The notes: a model not told the origin generated them from the letters alone. DNA of 56,868 bases from an uncultured bacterium (GCA_965370685.1 CBDUVN010000003.1:1-56868); one strand, 5' to 3'; counted from the stretch's first letter, positions 47,070 to 55,478 are shown. Translations and numbers: made by a program.

Positions 47070-47369
47070 GTGGAGGAATTCTTCATTGCGCTGGTACCTA
47101 TAACGATGTTCCTGACGATTGGCGGGGTCCTCGTGCTGCGTCCGCTGACGAAGCGGCTCGGATTGCTGATAGAAGCATCGGCGAAATCGCGAGGCACGAA
47201 CGCCGACGAACAACTGCAGATCGAGCACCTCCGGCTGATGATCGACACACAGAACCTGAAGCTCGAGCAGCTGGAGCAGAAGCTCTCGTTCACCGAGTCG
47301 CTGCTGGAGTCGCGGACCTCGGCCTGGCTCGCCTCCAGGCCCGGTGTCGCCCCGCGCGAGCTGTCCTGA
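47070..47369 (+). CDS. small membrane protein with C-terminal coiled coil (PspB-like architecture)
   Basis: 99 aa with a GTG start preceded by GAGGAGG and high GC3. It has one N-terminal TM (FFIALVPITMFLTIGGVLVL), then a heptad region QIEHLRLMIDTQNLKLEQLEQKL. Confidence 0.6.
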   Translation: MEEFFIALVPITMFLTIGGVLVLRPLTKRLGLLIEASAKSRGTNADEQLQIEHLRLMIDTQNLKLEQLEQKLSFTESLLESRTSAWLASRPGVAPRELS

Positions 47370-47374
47370 GGCGT

Positions 47375-48046
47375 TCAGGGGGAGATGAAGTACTGCAACC
47401 CTGCGTAGAGAGTGAATGCGGATCCCTGCAACGCACTGTCAGGGAGGGTGTCTGAGACGGGTGTGCCATCATCGACCCAGTGCCCGTCGATCTGGTAGTC
47501 GCTCATGAACAACCAGTCAAAGCCGCCGCCCACGTCGGCCGCAAGCTTCTTCGACAGGGGAATCTCGACTCCGAGTCCCGCTCCGACCTCGAATCCGCTC
47601 CGCGTACGAGTTCCCACGATCTCCCTGCCACATCTGGGAAAGCCGCACGGTTGGTCGTCGGAGAGCCGAGTCCAGCCCAGGCGAAGGCTGGCGTACGGCA
47701 CCATTTTCGACTCCAGGTCGACGAATTTCCACGTGCCGAACCCGAACAGGCTCAGCTTGCCGAGGGTTCCGTCGGCGTAGTCGAATCCCATCCACGAATA
47801 CGCGCCGCCCGCGCCGATCTGGACCGGAGTATCTCCGAAGTCGTAGAATGCCGTGCCCTGCAGGCGGAGGCCTCCGCTGATGCTGTCGCCGACCTCACCG
47901 CCGAGGAAGGTGTAGCCACCTGTGAAACCGAGGCCGAACCCTGAGTGTGTCAGGTCATCGGAGCCGGGAAAACGCTGGGCGAAACCGGTGCTTGCCACGC
48001 AGATGACGGCCACCACCGTAAGTGTGATCAACCGCCTGGCTCGCAT
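47375..48046 (-). CDS. outer-membrane beta-barrel protein
   Basis: 223 aa. The signal peptide is MRARRLITLTVVAVICVASTGFAQ. It has Gly/aromatic-rich alternating strands and a C-terminal ...LYAGLQYFISP. Confidence 0.75.
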   Translation of the reverse strand: MRARRLITLTVVAVICVASTGFAQRFPGSDDLTHSGFGLGFTGGYTFLGGEVGDSISGGLRLQGTAFYDFGDTPVQIGAGGAYSWMGFDYADGTLGKLSLFGFGTWKFVDLESKMVPYASLRLGWTRLSDDQPCGFPRCGREIVGTRTRSGFEVGAGLGVEIPLSKKLAADVGGGFDWLFMSDYQIDGHWVDDGTPVSDTLPDSALQGSAFTLYAGLQYFISP

Positions 48047-48252
48047 CGCTCGACTCCTTGATAGGGAGAACCGGCTTCAACGTCGGGCCCGACAGCGAGA
48101 CTCGCGCCGCTGGTCGTCGATGTCAACTGGACTGGAGGTGCTTGCCGCTCCGCCTTGTAGCACCGAGTTTCGCATCTGGCCCTTTGTGGAGACTTACCCG
48201 GCCGCTGTCCCGGGGAGCCTCCAGGCGACACGCGCCTTCTCGAAGTGGAGTC

Positions 48253-50343
48253 ATGGACGAAGAACCGCGGGACGACGAAGACAGGAAACCGATCTGGCAG
48301 GCGTCCGGGGAGGAACGACAGATCGATGCCGATGCATACCACATCTGGACTCCTCGTCCGGTGGTTCGAAGCGTGTTCTGGAGGCCGGACCCCGAGCCGC
48401 CGCGCGATGCCGTTTCCGGCTCCTACGAAGTGTTCCTGGACCAGCGGGCTTTCGTCGGTATGCACGAGCACGTCTGGAAAGCCGACCCGGGCCAGAGCCG
48501 GTTCGGGTACCTTATCGGAGACCTGTGCGAAGATCCGGCGGCCAGTCGCAGGTTCGTGATCATCAGGGCCGCAGTTCCGTCCCGCTTCCCGTTCCAGGAG
48601 TCCGGACCCGAGCAGATCGCCGCGGAAGCATCCGTCGCCCTGCAGCTCGAGGTGGAGCGCCGCCGCGGAGTGCTCGTCGGATGGTATCACTCGCACCCTT
48701 CTGGAGATGCCGTGCTGTCGCCGGAGGACGTGGCGACGCACGATCGCCTGTTTGCCGATCCGTGGCAGGTCGCGTTCCTGTTCATCTCTGATCCGCGTGC
48801 TCCTGCCGGGGCTTGTTTCCGGCGGACGCCGGACGGGTTCGACGGGGAGTTGCGTCTCCCGTTCTACGAAATGGTGTCCAACGAGTCACTCCTGGCGAAG
48901 GGGGTCAGACGGTCTCGAGTCGATTGGGAGAACGTCTCGACGCTGGACGGGATTCGATCGGAACCACCTCCGCGTCCTGAACCTCAGCCACTACCAGATC
49001 CGCAGCCGGACACAGACCTCCTTCCCGACGTGGAATCGGAACCGGAAACTGAAGTAGAGCCGGAGCGATCGGTCCCGCCGGCGGACGACGCACCAGCAGC
49101 CGTGGAAGAGACTGCGGCCGATCTGCCCGGCGACGCAGCAGAGGAGATCCAGGAAGAAATTCTGGAAGAGGTCCCGGAGGAAATTCCGGACGAGGTCCCG
49201 GAGGAAATCCAGGAAGAGATCCACGAAGAGATCCACGAAGAGGTCGGGGTCGAGGACCTGGCCGGCGAAGACGACTCTCCGGAGCCTGTCCGGGATGCTG
49301 AACTCGAATCGCCCACCGTCGAGTCTGATGCGACCGAGTTGAGCGCGGTGGACTCGAGTGAGGCGGAAGCGGTGGTGGAAGAGGAAGACGAGGAAGACGA
49401 TGACCTGGACTTCGACGCCCTGATCGCAGAGGTCGAGACCGCTGGGTTGTCGGACGATGTCGAGGAATTGACGGCCGAGGAACTCGAGGCCATTTACGAT
49501 CTCGATTTCGAGTTGGAGTCCGAGCCGGAGACCGTGCCGACACCGGACCCGGACGCTTCTCCTGAGGGGGAGCTTGAATTCGTTCCGGAGCCGGTGGAGT
49601 CGGAGCCGGATATGGTGGACCCAGACCCGCTGGTTCCGTACGAGGCACTGGGCGACGTCGAGTCCGAACTGGCTTCAGATACATTGGTCGAGGTCGAGCC
49701 GTCGATCTCTCCGGCTGAAGAAATGACACCCAGCCCGGTCCCGGACAAACAGAGAAAGCTCCGAAACCGGATTCTCGCGGCGCTGGGAGTCGTGATCGCG
49801 CTCGGGGTTGTCGGGGCACTTGTCCAGGTCCTGGTCCTGGACGCGGACGGCGGTGCTGATGGGGCCGGAGCTGTGACGCCCGCCGCCGTTGACCTTTCGG
49901 TCGGCGAACCTCCCGCCGCGGTCGGCGGCCCCGGGGAGGATGGCTCGGCCGGCGTGGTCGAGGATCCCTCTGAAGTTCAGCTGCCGGACGGCGCGGGGAC
50001 GGGAGATGAGGGAACTGACTCCGCCAAAGTCGTAGTGCCGCCCCCGGTCTCGGAGCAGCCCGTCTCGCTGGAGAATCTGCAGACTCTCAGCGACCAGGTC
50101 CTGGAGTCGATCAGCACGTACTACGGCAGGGATGGGGCCTACTCGAGCGGCGAGATCGGGTGCCCGGAGCTGCAGTCGTCCTTCGTGGAGGTCATGGATT
50201 CATGGATCGACTACAGTACGCGGGGCAAGGCCGGCTGGCAGGGCCGACTCCCGCCGGATCTCGTGGAGCGGGACGAGCGTCTGTACCTCGGAGTCCAGGA
50301 CGTGGAGCGCTTGTTCGAGGCCTCCTCCTGTCCGCGGCCCTGA
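48253..50343 (+). CDS. membrane-anchored JAMM/MPN+ domain protein with hyper-acidic linker and extracytoplasmic C-terminal domain
   Basis: The JAMM motif GWYHSHPSGDAVLSPEDV lies at 48688..48729. A linker of about 330 aa is rich in D/E/P. A single TM ILAALGVVIALGVVGALVQVLVL lies at 49771..49839. The Cys-containing tail is about 170 aa. The start is taken at ATG 48253 because GC3 bias is absent upstream. Confidence 0.8.
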   Translation: MDEEPRDDEDRKPIWQASGEERQIDADAYHIWTPRPVVRSVFWRPDPEPPRDAVSGSYEVFLDQRAFVGMHEHVWKADPGQSRFGYLIGDLCEDPAASRRFVIIRAAVPSRFPFQESGPEQIAAEASVALQLEVERRRGVLVGWYHSHPSGDAVLSPEDVATHDRLFADPWQVAFLFISDPRAPAGACFRRTPDGFDGELRLPFYEMVSNESLLAKGVRRSRVDWENVSTLDGIRSEPPPRPEPQPLPDPQPDTDLLPDVESEPETEVEPERSVPPADDAPAAVEETAADLPGDAAEEIQEEILEEVPEEIPDEVPEEIQEEIHEEIHEEVGVEDLAGEDDSPEPVRDAELESPTVESDATELSAVDSSEAEAVVEEEDEEDDDLDFDALIAEVETAGLSDDVEELTAEELEAIYDLDFELESEPETVPTPDPDASPEGELEFVPEPVESEPDMVDPDPLVPYEALGDVESELASDTLVEVEPSISPAEEMTPSPVPDKQRKLRNRILAALGVVIALGVVGALVQVLVLDADGGADGAGAVTPAAVDLSVGEPPAAVGGPGEDGSAGVVEDPSEVQLPDGAGTGDEGTDSAKVVVPPPVSEQPVSLENLQTLSDQVLESISTYYGRDGAYSSGEIGCPELQSSFVEVMDSWIDYSTRGKAGWQGRLPPDLVERDERLYLGVQDVERLFEASSCPRP
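49141..49248 (+). repeat. nine tandem 12-nt (EE-[IV]-x) coding repeats inside the JAMM gene
   Basis: The units are GAGGAGATCCAG, GAAGAAATTCTG, GAAGAGGTCCCG, GAGGAAATTCCG, GACGAGGTCCCG, GAGGAAATCCAG, GAAGAGATCCAC, GAAGAGATCCAC, GAAGAGGTCGGG. Confidence 0.9.
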
Positions 50344-51446
50344 CGGCGGTATCCGCATGGCTGGCCGTCGTCCCTCTGCTCGCTCAGGCGCCTGACGAAG
50401 TAGCCGGGGTAGCCGGGGCGCAACGTCCCCGGGCTTCCGACCTGGGAATCCACATCGGGTCCTTTCCATCGGGGTCGCTCGACGCGATCACGGACGTTCG
50501 GGGAGTCCGCGTCGGGCATTTGACCCTGATTCGCGGAGACTCGATCCGTACGGGTGTCACCGCGATTCTCCCACACGGACGGGACCTGTTCGCCGAACGA
50601 GTGCGTGCAGCGATCGTCGTCGGGAACGGATTCGGGAAGCTCATCGGTTCGACGCAGGTCGGAGAACTGGGCGTGATCGAGACGCCGATCCTGCTCACGG
50701 GCACCCTCAACGTCTGGCGCGTAGCGGATGCGCTCGTGGACACGCTGCTGGCGACTCCGGGATACGAGGATGTCCGTTCGATCAATCCCGTCGTCGGTGA
50801 GACGAACGACGGCTGGCTGAGCGATATTCGCTCGCGTCCGCTTGGCGGGGCGGAAGTCCGAGCGGCGCTCCGCGCGGCGACGGATGGGCCGGTCGAGGAG
50901 GGAAGCGTGGGAGCCGGAACGGGGACGACCGCTCTCGGCTTCAAGGGCGGCATCGGATCGGCTTCCCGTGTCGTGCCGGCCGAGTACGGCGGGTATACGG
51001 TTGGAGTCCTGGTCCAGACCAACTTCGGCGGGTCGCTGGTAGTGGACGGAATCCCAGTGGGCCGAATTCTGGCCCGGGACAGGGAGCGGGAGCCCTCAGA
51101 TGCCCGGGAAGGCGGCTCGATCATGATCGTCGTGGCCACGGACGCCCCGCTCGATGTACGGAGCCTCGAGCGTCTCGCCTTCCGCGCTTTCGGGGGGCTG
51201 GCCCGCACGGGAGCGGCCTTTTCACATGGCTCCGGCGACTACGCGATCGCGTTCACCACCGATCGCGATCCGCCCCCGAGTCTCGACGGGAGCGTGGCTA
51301 CGGTCCTGTTCATGGCCGTGCAGCAGGCGACGGAACAGGCCATCCTGAATTCACTGTTCGGCGCGACATCTGTTACCGGGTTCCGCGGCCACCGGGCAGA
51401 GGCACTCCCGATCGACGCCGTGCGGGAGATCCTGCGCTCGCAGTAG
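50202..51446 (+). CDS. P1-family (DmpA/S58-type) aminopeptidase, secreted
   Basis: ITDVRGVRVGHLTL, TGVTAIL, GETNDGWL, GSVGAGTGTTALGFKGGIGSAS. A signal-like LLLSAALTAVSAWLAVVPLLAQA is present. The only in-frame canonical starts (ATG 50202, GTG 50160) lie inside the upstream gene. Confidence 0.8.
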   Translation: MDRLQYAGQGRLAGPTPAGSRGAGRASVPRSPGRGALVRGLLLSAALTAVSAWLAVVPLLAQAPDEVAGVAGAQRPRASDLGIHIGSFPSGSLDAITDVRGVRVGHLTLIRGDSIRTGVTAILPHGRDLFAERVRAAIVVGNGFGKLIGSTQVGELGVIETPILLTGTLNVWRVADALVDTLLATPGYEDVRSINPVVGETNDGWLSDIRSRPLGGAEVRAALRAATDGPVEEGSVGAGTGTTALGFKGGIGSASRVVPAEYGGYTVGVLVQTNFGGSLVVDGIPVGRILARDREREPSDAREGGSIMIVVATDAPLDVRSLERLAFRAFGGLARTGAAFSHGSGDYAIAFTTDRDPPPSLDGSVATVLFMAVQQATEQAILNSLFGATSVTGFRGHRAEALPIDAVREILRSQ

Positions 51447-52214
51447 TCAGCCGGCCTCGGTCACATCCGGACGGATCCGGGCTTCCTCGATCCGGGCCCG
51501 GACCTGGTCTCTGAGTTCCCTGACCACCTGCGGTCCTTCTCCCTCGACCGGAATCGGATCCAGCACGCGCACGACGACGTCGGCCCGCCCGAACAGCAAT
51601 GAGCCCTTCCGGATCGCTCCCCGGGTACCGGACACGACGATCGGCTGGATCGGTCGCCCGGTCTGAACCGCGAGCCTGAACGCCCCGGAGCGGAACGGGA
51701 GCATCTCGCTCGTCCGCGAGCGGGTCCCCTCCGGGAAGATCATCACCGAGGCACCACGCTCGATCCAGGCACGGGTCTCTTCGTAGGCGTTGGTCCGGCT
51801 GTCCGCCTTGCCACGATTGACAGACACGTCGCCTGCCATGCGCATCATCCAGCCGATGAAAGGAATCCGGAAATTCGAAGCTTTCGACATCCACTTCATC
51901 TCGAACGGCAGGGTGCCGATGATCAGGATGTCGGCGAGCGATTCGTGGTTGCTGACACCGACAAAAGGCTCGAGGCTGCGAGCGGGAATCGGGCCCTCGG
52001 TCCGGACCCGCCACCAGGGGTTGAGGACGAGGAGGATTTTCGCTCCGAACCGGAACGTGCTGCCAGCGAAGTACCGGCGATGGTCCCACCACGCCGTCAG
52101 GATCCAGACCAGGCCCACGACGGGTGTCCACAGCGCGACGAACACGAGCCACACGACCCAGATCACGCCGCTGCCGACTCTGACTCCGAGACCGGGCTTC
52201 GCGTTCTCGCTCAA
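51447..52214 (-). CDS. plsC: 1-acyl-sn-glycerol-3-phosphate acyltransferase
   Basis: HX4D motif NHESLADI, FPEGTRS motif, N-terminal membrane anchor. Confidence 0.9.
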   Translation of the reverse strand: MSENAKPGLGVRVGSGVIWVVWLVFVALWTPVVGLVWILTAWWDHRRYFAGSTFRFGAKILLVLNPWWRVRTEGPIPARSLEPFVGVSNHESLADILIIGTLPFEMKWMSKASNFRIPFIGWMMRMAGDVSVNRGKADSRTNAYEETRAWIERGASVMIFPEGTRSRTSEMLPFRSGAFRLAVQTGRPIQPIVVSGTRGAIRKGSLLFGRADVVVRVLDPIPVEGEGPQVVRELRDQVRARIEEARIRPDVTEAG

Positions 52215-52238
52215 AACGCCTTCCTTCGTCCAGCCCGG

Positions 52239-53606
52239 TCAGACTTCTTCATCGAGCACCTCTGGACCCGTGCGGAGAACGATGATGCCGGCGATCGCTG
52301 CGGCAAGAGACCCGACGATGATTCCGATCTTCGCCAAGTCGAGCACCGCAGAGTCTGTGAATGCGAGGGACGCAATGAAGATGGACATCGTGAAACCGAT
52401 TCCGGCCAACAGCGATCCGCCCCAGATCTGACGCCAGCGGGCTCCGTCGGGCAGCTCTCCCAGCCCGAGCCGGATCGCGATCCAGGCAAAGGCCGTGATC
52501 CCGATCTGCTTTCCGAAGAACAGTCCAGCGGCGATGCCCAGCGTCAGCGGGTGGGCCAGGGAGCTGAGAAGAGTCGACAACGGGATCTGGACTCCCGCGT
52601 TGGCAAACGCGAAGACCGGAAGGATCACGAACGCCGACCAGGGGTGGATCGCGTGCTCGAGACGGTACAACGGCGCGCTGGAGCTGGAGGCGTCCTCGAC
52701 GATTTCTTCGAGCGCGGCCTCTCTCGCGTCGACTTCCTCCCATTCTTCCCCGCCTGTCGAAATATCGTCGATCGAGTCGATGAGGACCATCATTGACTGA
52801 GACAGGTCCACCGGGTCCGGTCCCCGCTTGGGACGCCGTCGCGAGGCAGGCACGAACGCGGCGGCCGCGACACCGGCGATCGTCGCGTGGATCCCGGACA
52901 GGAAGACGAAATACCACAGGAGCACGGCCAGGAACACGTACGGAGCGGGCTTCTGGACATCGGAGAGGTTGAGGATCAGCAGGCCGCTCAGAATGACTCC
53001 GGCCCACATCAGCGCTCCGATGTCGAGGTTCGAGGTGTAGAAGATCGCGATCACCAGCACCGCCATGATGTCATCGGCGATCGCGAGCGCCATGATAAAC
53101 CCCTTCAACCACAGCGGCGCCCGGTTTCCGAGCAATGCGAGCAGCGTAACGGCGAACGCGATGTCCGTGGCCATCGGGATCGCCCAGCCTTCGATGTACT
53201 GTCCGCCCAGGTTGAGCGCGACGAAGATCAGCGCCGGTATGATCGCGCCGCCGAGCGCGGATACGACAGGAAGCGCCGCGCGGCGAAACGATGCGAGCTC
53301 GCCGAACAGGATCTCACGCTTGATCTCGAGCCCGACGAGGAAGAAGAAGATCGCCATCAGGCCATCGTTGATCCAATGCCCGAGTGACAGATTGAGAGAC
53401 CATTCACCAAACATCAGACCGCCGTAGACCTTCCACACATCGCGGTACGCGTCGCCCATCGCGGAGTTGGCGAGCACCAGGGCGAGCGCCGTGGCGGCGA
53501 TCATGACGATTCCGCCCGAGGTTTCCTTGTGCAGGAAGTCGATGAAGGCGCGCGAGAACCTCCGGGGTTGAGGCCAGGCCTGTATGTCCGTCGGTCCTGC
53601 TGCCAT
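52239..53606 (-). CDS. nhaA: Na+/H+ antiporter NhaA (with extended acidic loop)
   Basis: The start was moved to ATG 53606 (…FIDFLHKETSGGIVMIAATALALVLANS). Motifs: WINDGLMAIFFFLVGLEIKRE, ATDIAF, ALAIADD, LEHAIHPW. Confidence 0.9.
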   Translation of the reverse strand: MAAGPTDIQAWPQPRRFSRAFIDFLHKETSGGIVMIAATALALVLANSAMGDAYRDVWKVYGGLMFGEWSLNLSLGHWINDGLMAIFFFLVGLEIKREILFGELASFRRAALPVVSALGGAIIPALIFVALNLGGQYIEGWAIPMATDIAFAVTLLALLGNRAPLWLKGFIMALAIADDIMAVLVIAIFYTSNLDIGALMWAGVILSGLLILNLSDVQKPAPYVFLAVLLWYFVFLSGIHATIAGVAAAAFVPASRRRPKRGPDPVDLSQSMMVLIDSIDDISTGGEEWEEVDAREAALEEIVEDASSSSAPLYRLEHAIHPWSAFVILPVFAFANAGVQIPLSTLLSSLAHPLTLGIAAGLFFGKQIGITAFAWIAIRLGLGELPDGARWRQIWGGSLLAGIGFTMSIFIASLAFTDSAVLDLAKIGIIVGSLAAAIAGIIVLRTGPEVLDEEV

Positions 53607-53874
53607 TCGTTCTGCTCTCAGGGTCAGGGTCTGATGAATGTGGACACGAGTCCGGTCGCCGAGCATCTTGACCGACACCGCGAGGGTGCCGCAAGACGTG
53701 GGACGGTCGGATATATCTCCGCCCGCCCCGATTCCAGACTGGATATCCAACGAGGAAACACCCGTGGACTCGATCAAAGACGCGCAGGGCAGGCTCATTC
53801 CGTTGAAGGCTCAGCCCCCGTTTCCGAAGGGTCGTTTTCTTCTCCGGGAAGAGCCGGACGCGGAGGCCGTGCCG

Positions 53875-55440
53875 ATGGATGTGCTGTTCGTCGGTGGAGG
53901 GCCCGCGGGGCTCGCGGGTGCGATCGAGCTCGCCCGCCTCGTGCGTCAGGACGCGGAACACGGTGGCCAGCTCGGAGATCTGGAGATCGGGGTGCTGGAG
54001 AAGGCGCCGGGGCTCGGAGAGCACTGCATGTCGGGAGCCGTGATCAATCCGGAGCCTTTCCATGAGCTGTTTCCAGATGTTTCAGCGGAGGAGTTTCCGT
54101 TTCGCGGCGCGGTGAGCGGAGAGAGGGTGCTGATGCTGACGGAGAGGGGACAGCGCCGCCTTCCGGTGGCCCCCCCGATGCACAACCGTGGCAACCACGT
54201 GGCCTCGCTGTGCGAGGTCGTCCGCTGGCTGGGGGATCGCGCCGAGGAGCTCGGCGTGAACGTGTTCACCGGTTTTCCCGCGGATGCTCTGTTAATGGAA
54301 GGCGATGCGGTGATCGGCGTGCGAACGACGCCGGCCGGCCTTGACCGGGACGGAAACCCGGGTTCGGGTTATGTGCCGCCCACGGACCTGACGGCGCGGG
54401 TCACGGTGCTCAGCGAAGGCTGCCGAGGCCCTCTCACGGCCGCCTGGCTGGAGGAGATGGAAGTCGGCTCGGCGAACCCCCAGATCTACGCCCTGGGAGT
54501 GAAAGAACTGTGGCAGGTCCAGACCCCGATCGATGAGGTGATCCATACGCTCGGCTGGCCGCTGCCGTTCGACGCGTTCGGCGGCACGTGGATTTACCCG
54601 ATGGGCGAGAACCTGGTGTCGATCGGGCTCGTCGTCGGGCTCGACTACCGCCAGACGGGTCTGGACGTTCACGAGCTGTTGCAGCGCGCCAAGGGACATC
54701 CGCTGTTCCGCGGCATTCTCGAGGGCGGAGAGATGCTGGAGTGGGGCGCCAAGACGATTCCAGAGGGAGGCTGGTGGTCGATTCCGGAGCGACTGTCGGG
54801 CGACGGCCTGTTGATCGCCGGGGACGCGGCTGGACTGGTGGATGTTCCGTCGCTCAAAGGGGTCCACTACGCGATGTGGTCGGGGATTTACGCCGCCCGG
54901 GCGGCGTTCCAGGCGCTCGAGGCGGACGATCCCACGGCAACGTCTCTCGGGGAGTATGACCGGTCAATCCGGGCCAGCGTGATCGCGAAGGACCTGTATC
55001 GTCGCCGAAACATGCGTCTCGCATTCAAGGGCGGATTCAAGACTGGGGCGCTGAAGTCGGTGCTGGCGATAGCGACGGGCGGCCGGGTCCCCGGCGCTCG
55101 CATCGCGGCCGAAGAGGACGCGGCGGAGCCACGAACGATCACGCCCGACGATGAATTCACGCCGGACGGCGAGTATACCTTCAGCAAGGTCGACGCGGTA
55201 TTTCGATCCGGGAACACGACTCGCGACGACATTCCATCACACCTGATTCCGCCGGACGACGCGTCCGAGGATCTCACGCAGTTCTACGAGCACATGTGCC
55301 CGGCCGGCGTCTACGAGTGGGGCGAGGATGGGCTGGTCGTGAACGCACCGAACTGCATCGACTGCCGGGCGACCGACGTGCTCGGTCCGCGCTGGACCCC
55401 GCGCGAAGGCGGGAGCGGACCGAGCTACAAGCGGATGTGA
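53875..55440 (+). CDS. electron transfer flavoprotein-ubiquinone oxidoreductase
   Basis: FAD fold MDVLFVGGGPAGLAGAIEL. The C-terminal 4Fe-4S region is CPAGVYEW...NCIDCRATD. The start is at ATG 53875 with a GGAGG 8 nt upstream. The stretch from track start 53638 lacks GC3 bias. Confidence 0.9.
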   Translation: MDVLFVGGGPAGLAGAIELARLVRQDAEHGGQLGDLEIGVLEKAPGLGEHCMSGAVINPEPFHELFPDVSAEEFPFRGAVSGERVLMLTERGQRRLPVAPPMHNRGNHVASLCEVVRWLGDRAEELGVNVFTGFPADALLMEGDAVIGVRTTPAGLDRDGNPGSGYVPPTDLTARVTVLSEGCRGPLTAAWLEEMEVGSANPQIYALGVKELWQVQTPIDEVIHTLGWPLPFDAFGGTWIYPMGENLVSIGLVVGLDYRQTGLDVHELLQRAKGHPLFRGILEGGEMLEWGAKTIPEGGWWSIPERLSGDGLLIAGDAAGLVDVPSLKGVHYAMWSGIYAARAAFQALEADDPTATSLGEYDRSIRASVIAKDLYRRRNMRLAFKGGFKTGALKSVLAIATGGRVPGARIAAEEDAAEPRTITPDDEFTPDGEYTFSKVDAVFRSGNTTRDDIPSHLIPPDDASEDLTQFYEHMCPAGVYEWGEDGLVVNAPNCIDCRATDVLGPRWTPREGGSGPSYKRM

Positions 55441-55478
55441 ACGAAGAAGCGCGACTCCTGAGGGTCGCGCTTCTTCGT
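55441..55478. terminator. bidirectional terminator hairpin between convergent genes
   Basis: A perfect 15-bp stem pairs ACGAAGAAGCGCGAC (55441..55455) with GTCGCGCTTCTTCGT (55464..55478), with an 8-nt loop. Confidence 0.75.

Noticed and set aside
48058-48252. 65-aa N-terminal extension of the JAMM protein
   Set aside because: It has no GC3 bias and a Cys/Arg-rich sequence. It would abut the divergent OMP gene and leave no promoter space.
49141-49248. Tandem repeats as a possible CRISPR or minisatellite locus
   Set aside because: The units are 12 nt, contiguous without spacers, in-frame, and inside a continuous ORF. They are coding repeats, not a CRISPR array.
48905-49819. 304-aa Pro/Arg/Ser-rich minus-strand ORF, and the 169- and 84-aa Ser-rich ORFs
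   Set aside because: They are the reverse-complement reading of the GAG/GAA-rich acidic tract of the JAMM gene. Low-complexity antisense translation is an expected artefact.
53709-53748. AT-rich near-palindromes GGATATATC and GGATATCC in the nhaA/ETF-QO divergent region as operator sites
   Set aside because: There are only two short, non-identical motifs. No regulator gene is adjacent and there is no way to test conservation here, so the evidence is too weak to report as a feature.
53638-53874. 79-aa N-terminal extension of the ETF-QO gene, and the matching extension of nhaA to 53798
   Set aside because: Third-position GC is near 55% there, against about 85-90% in the genes. A GGAGG SD precedes ATG 53875. 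The FAD-binding GxGxxG fold starts right after that ATG. NhaA homology begins near ATG 53606.
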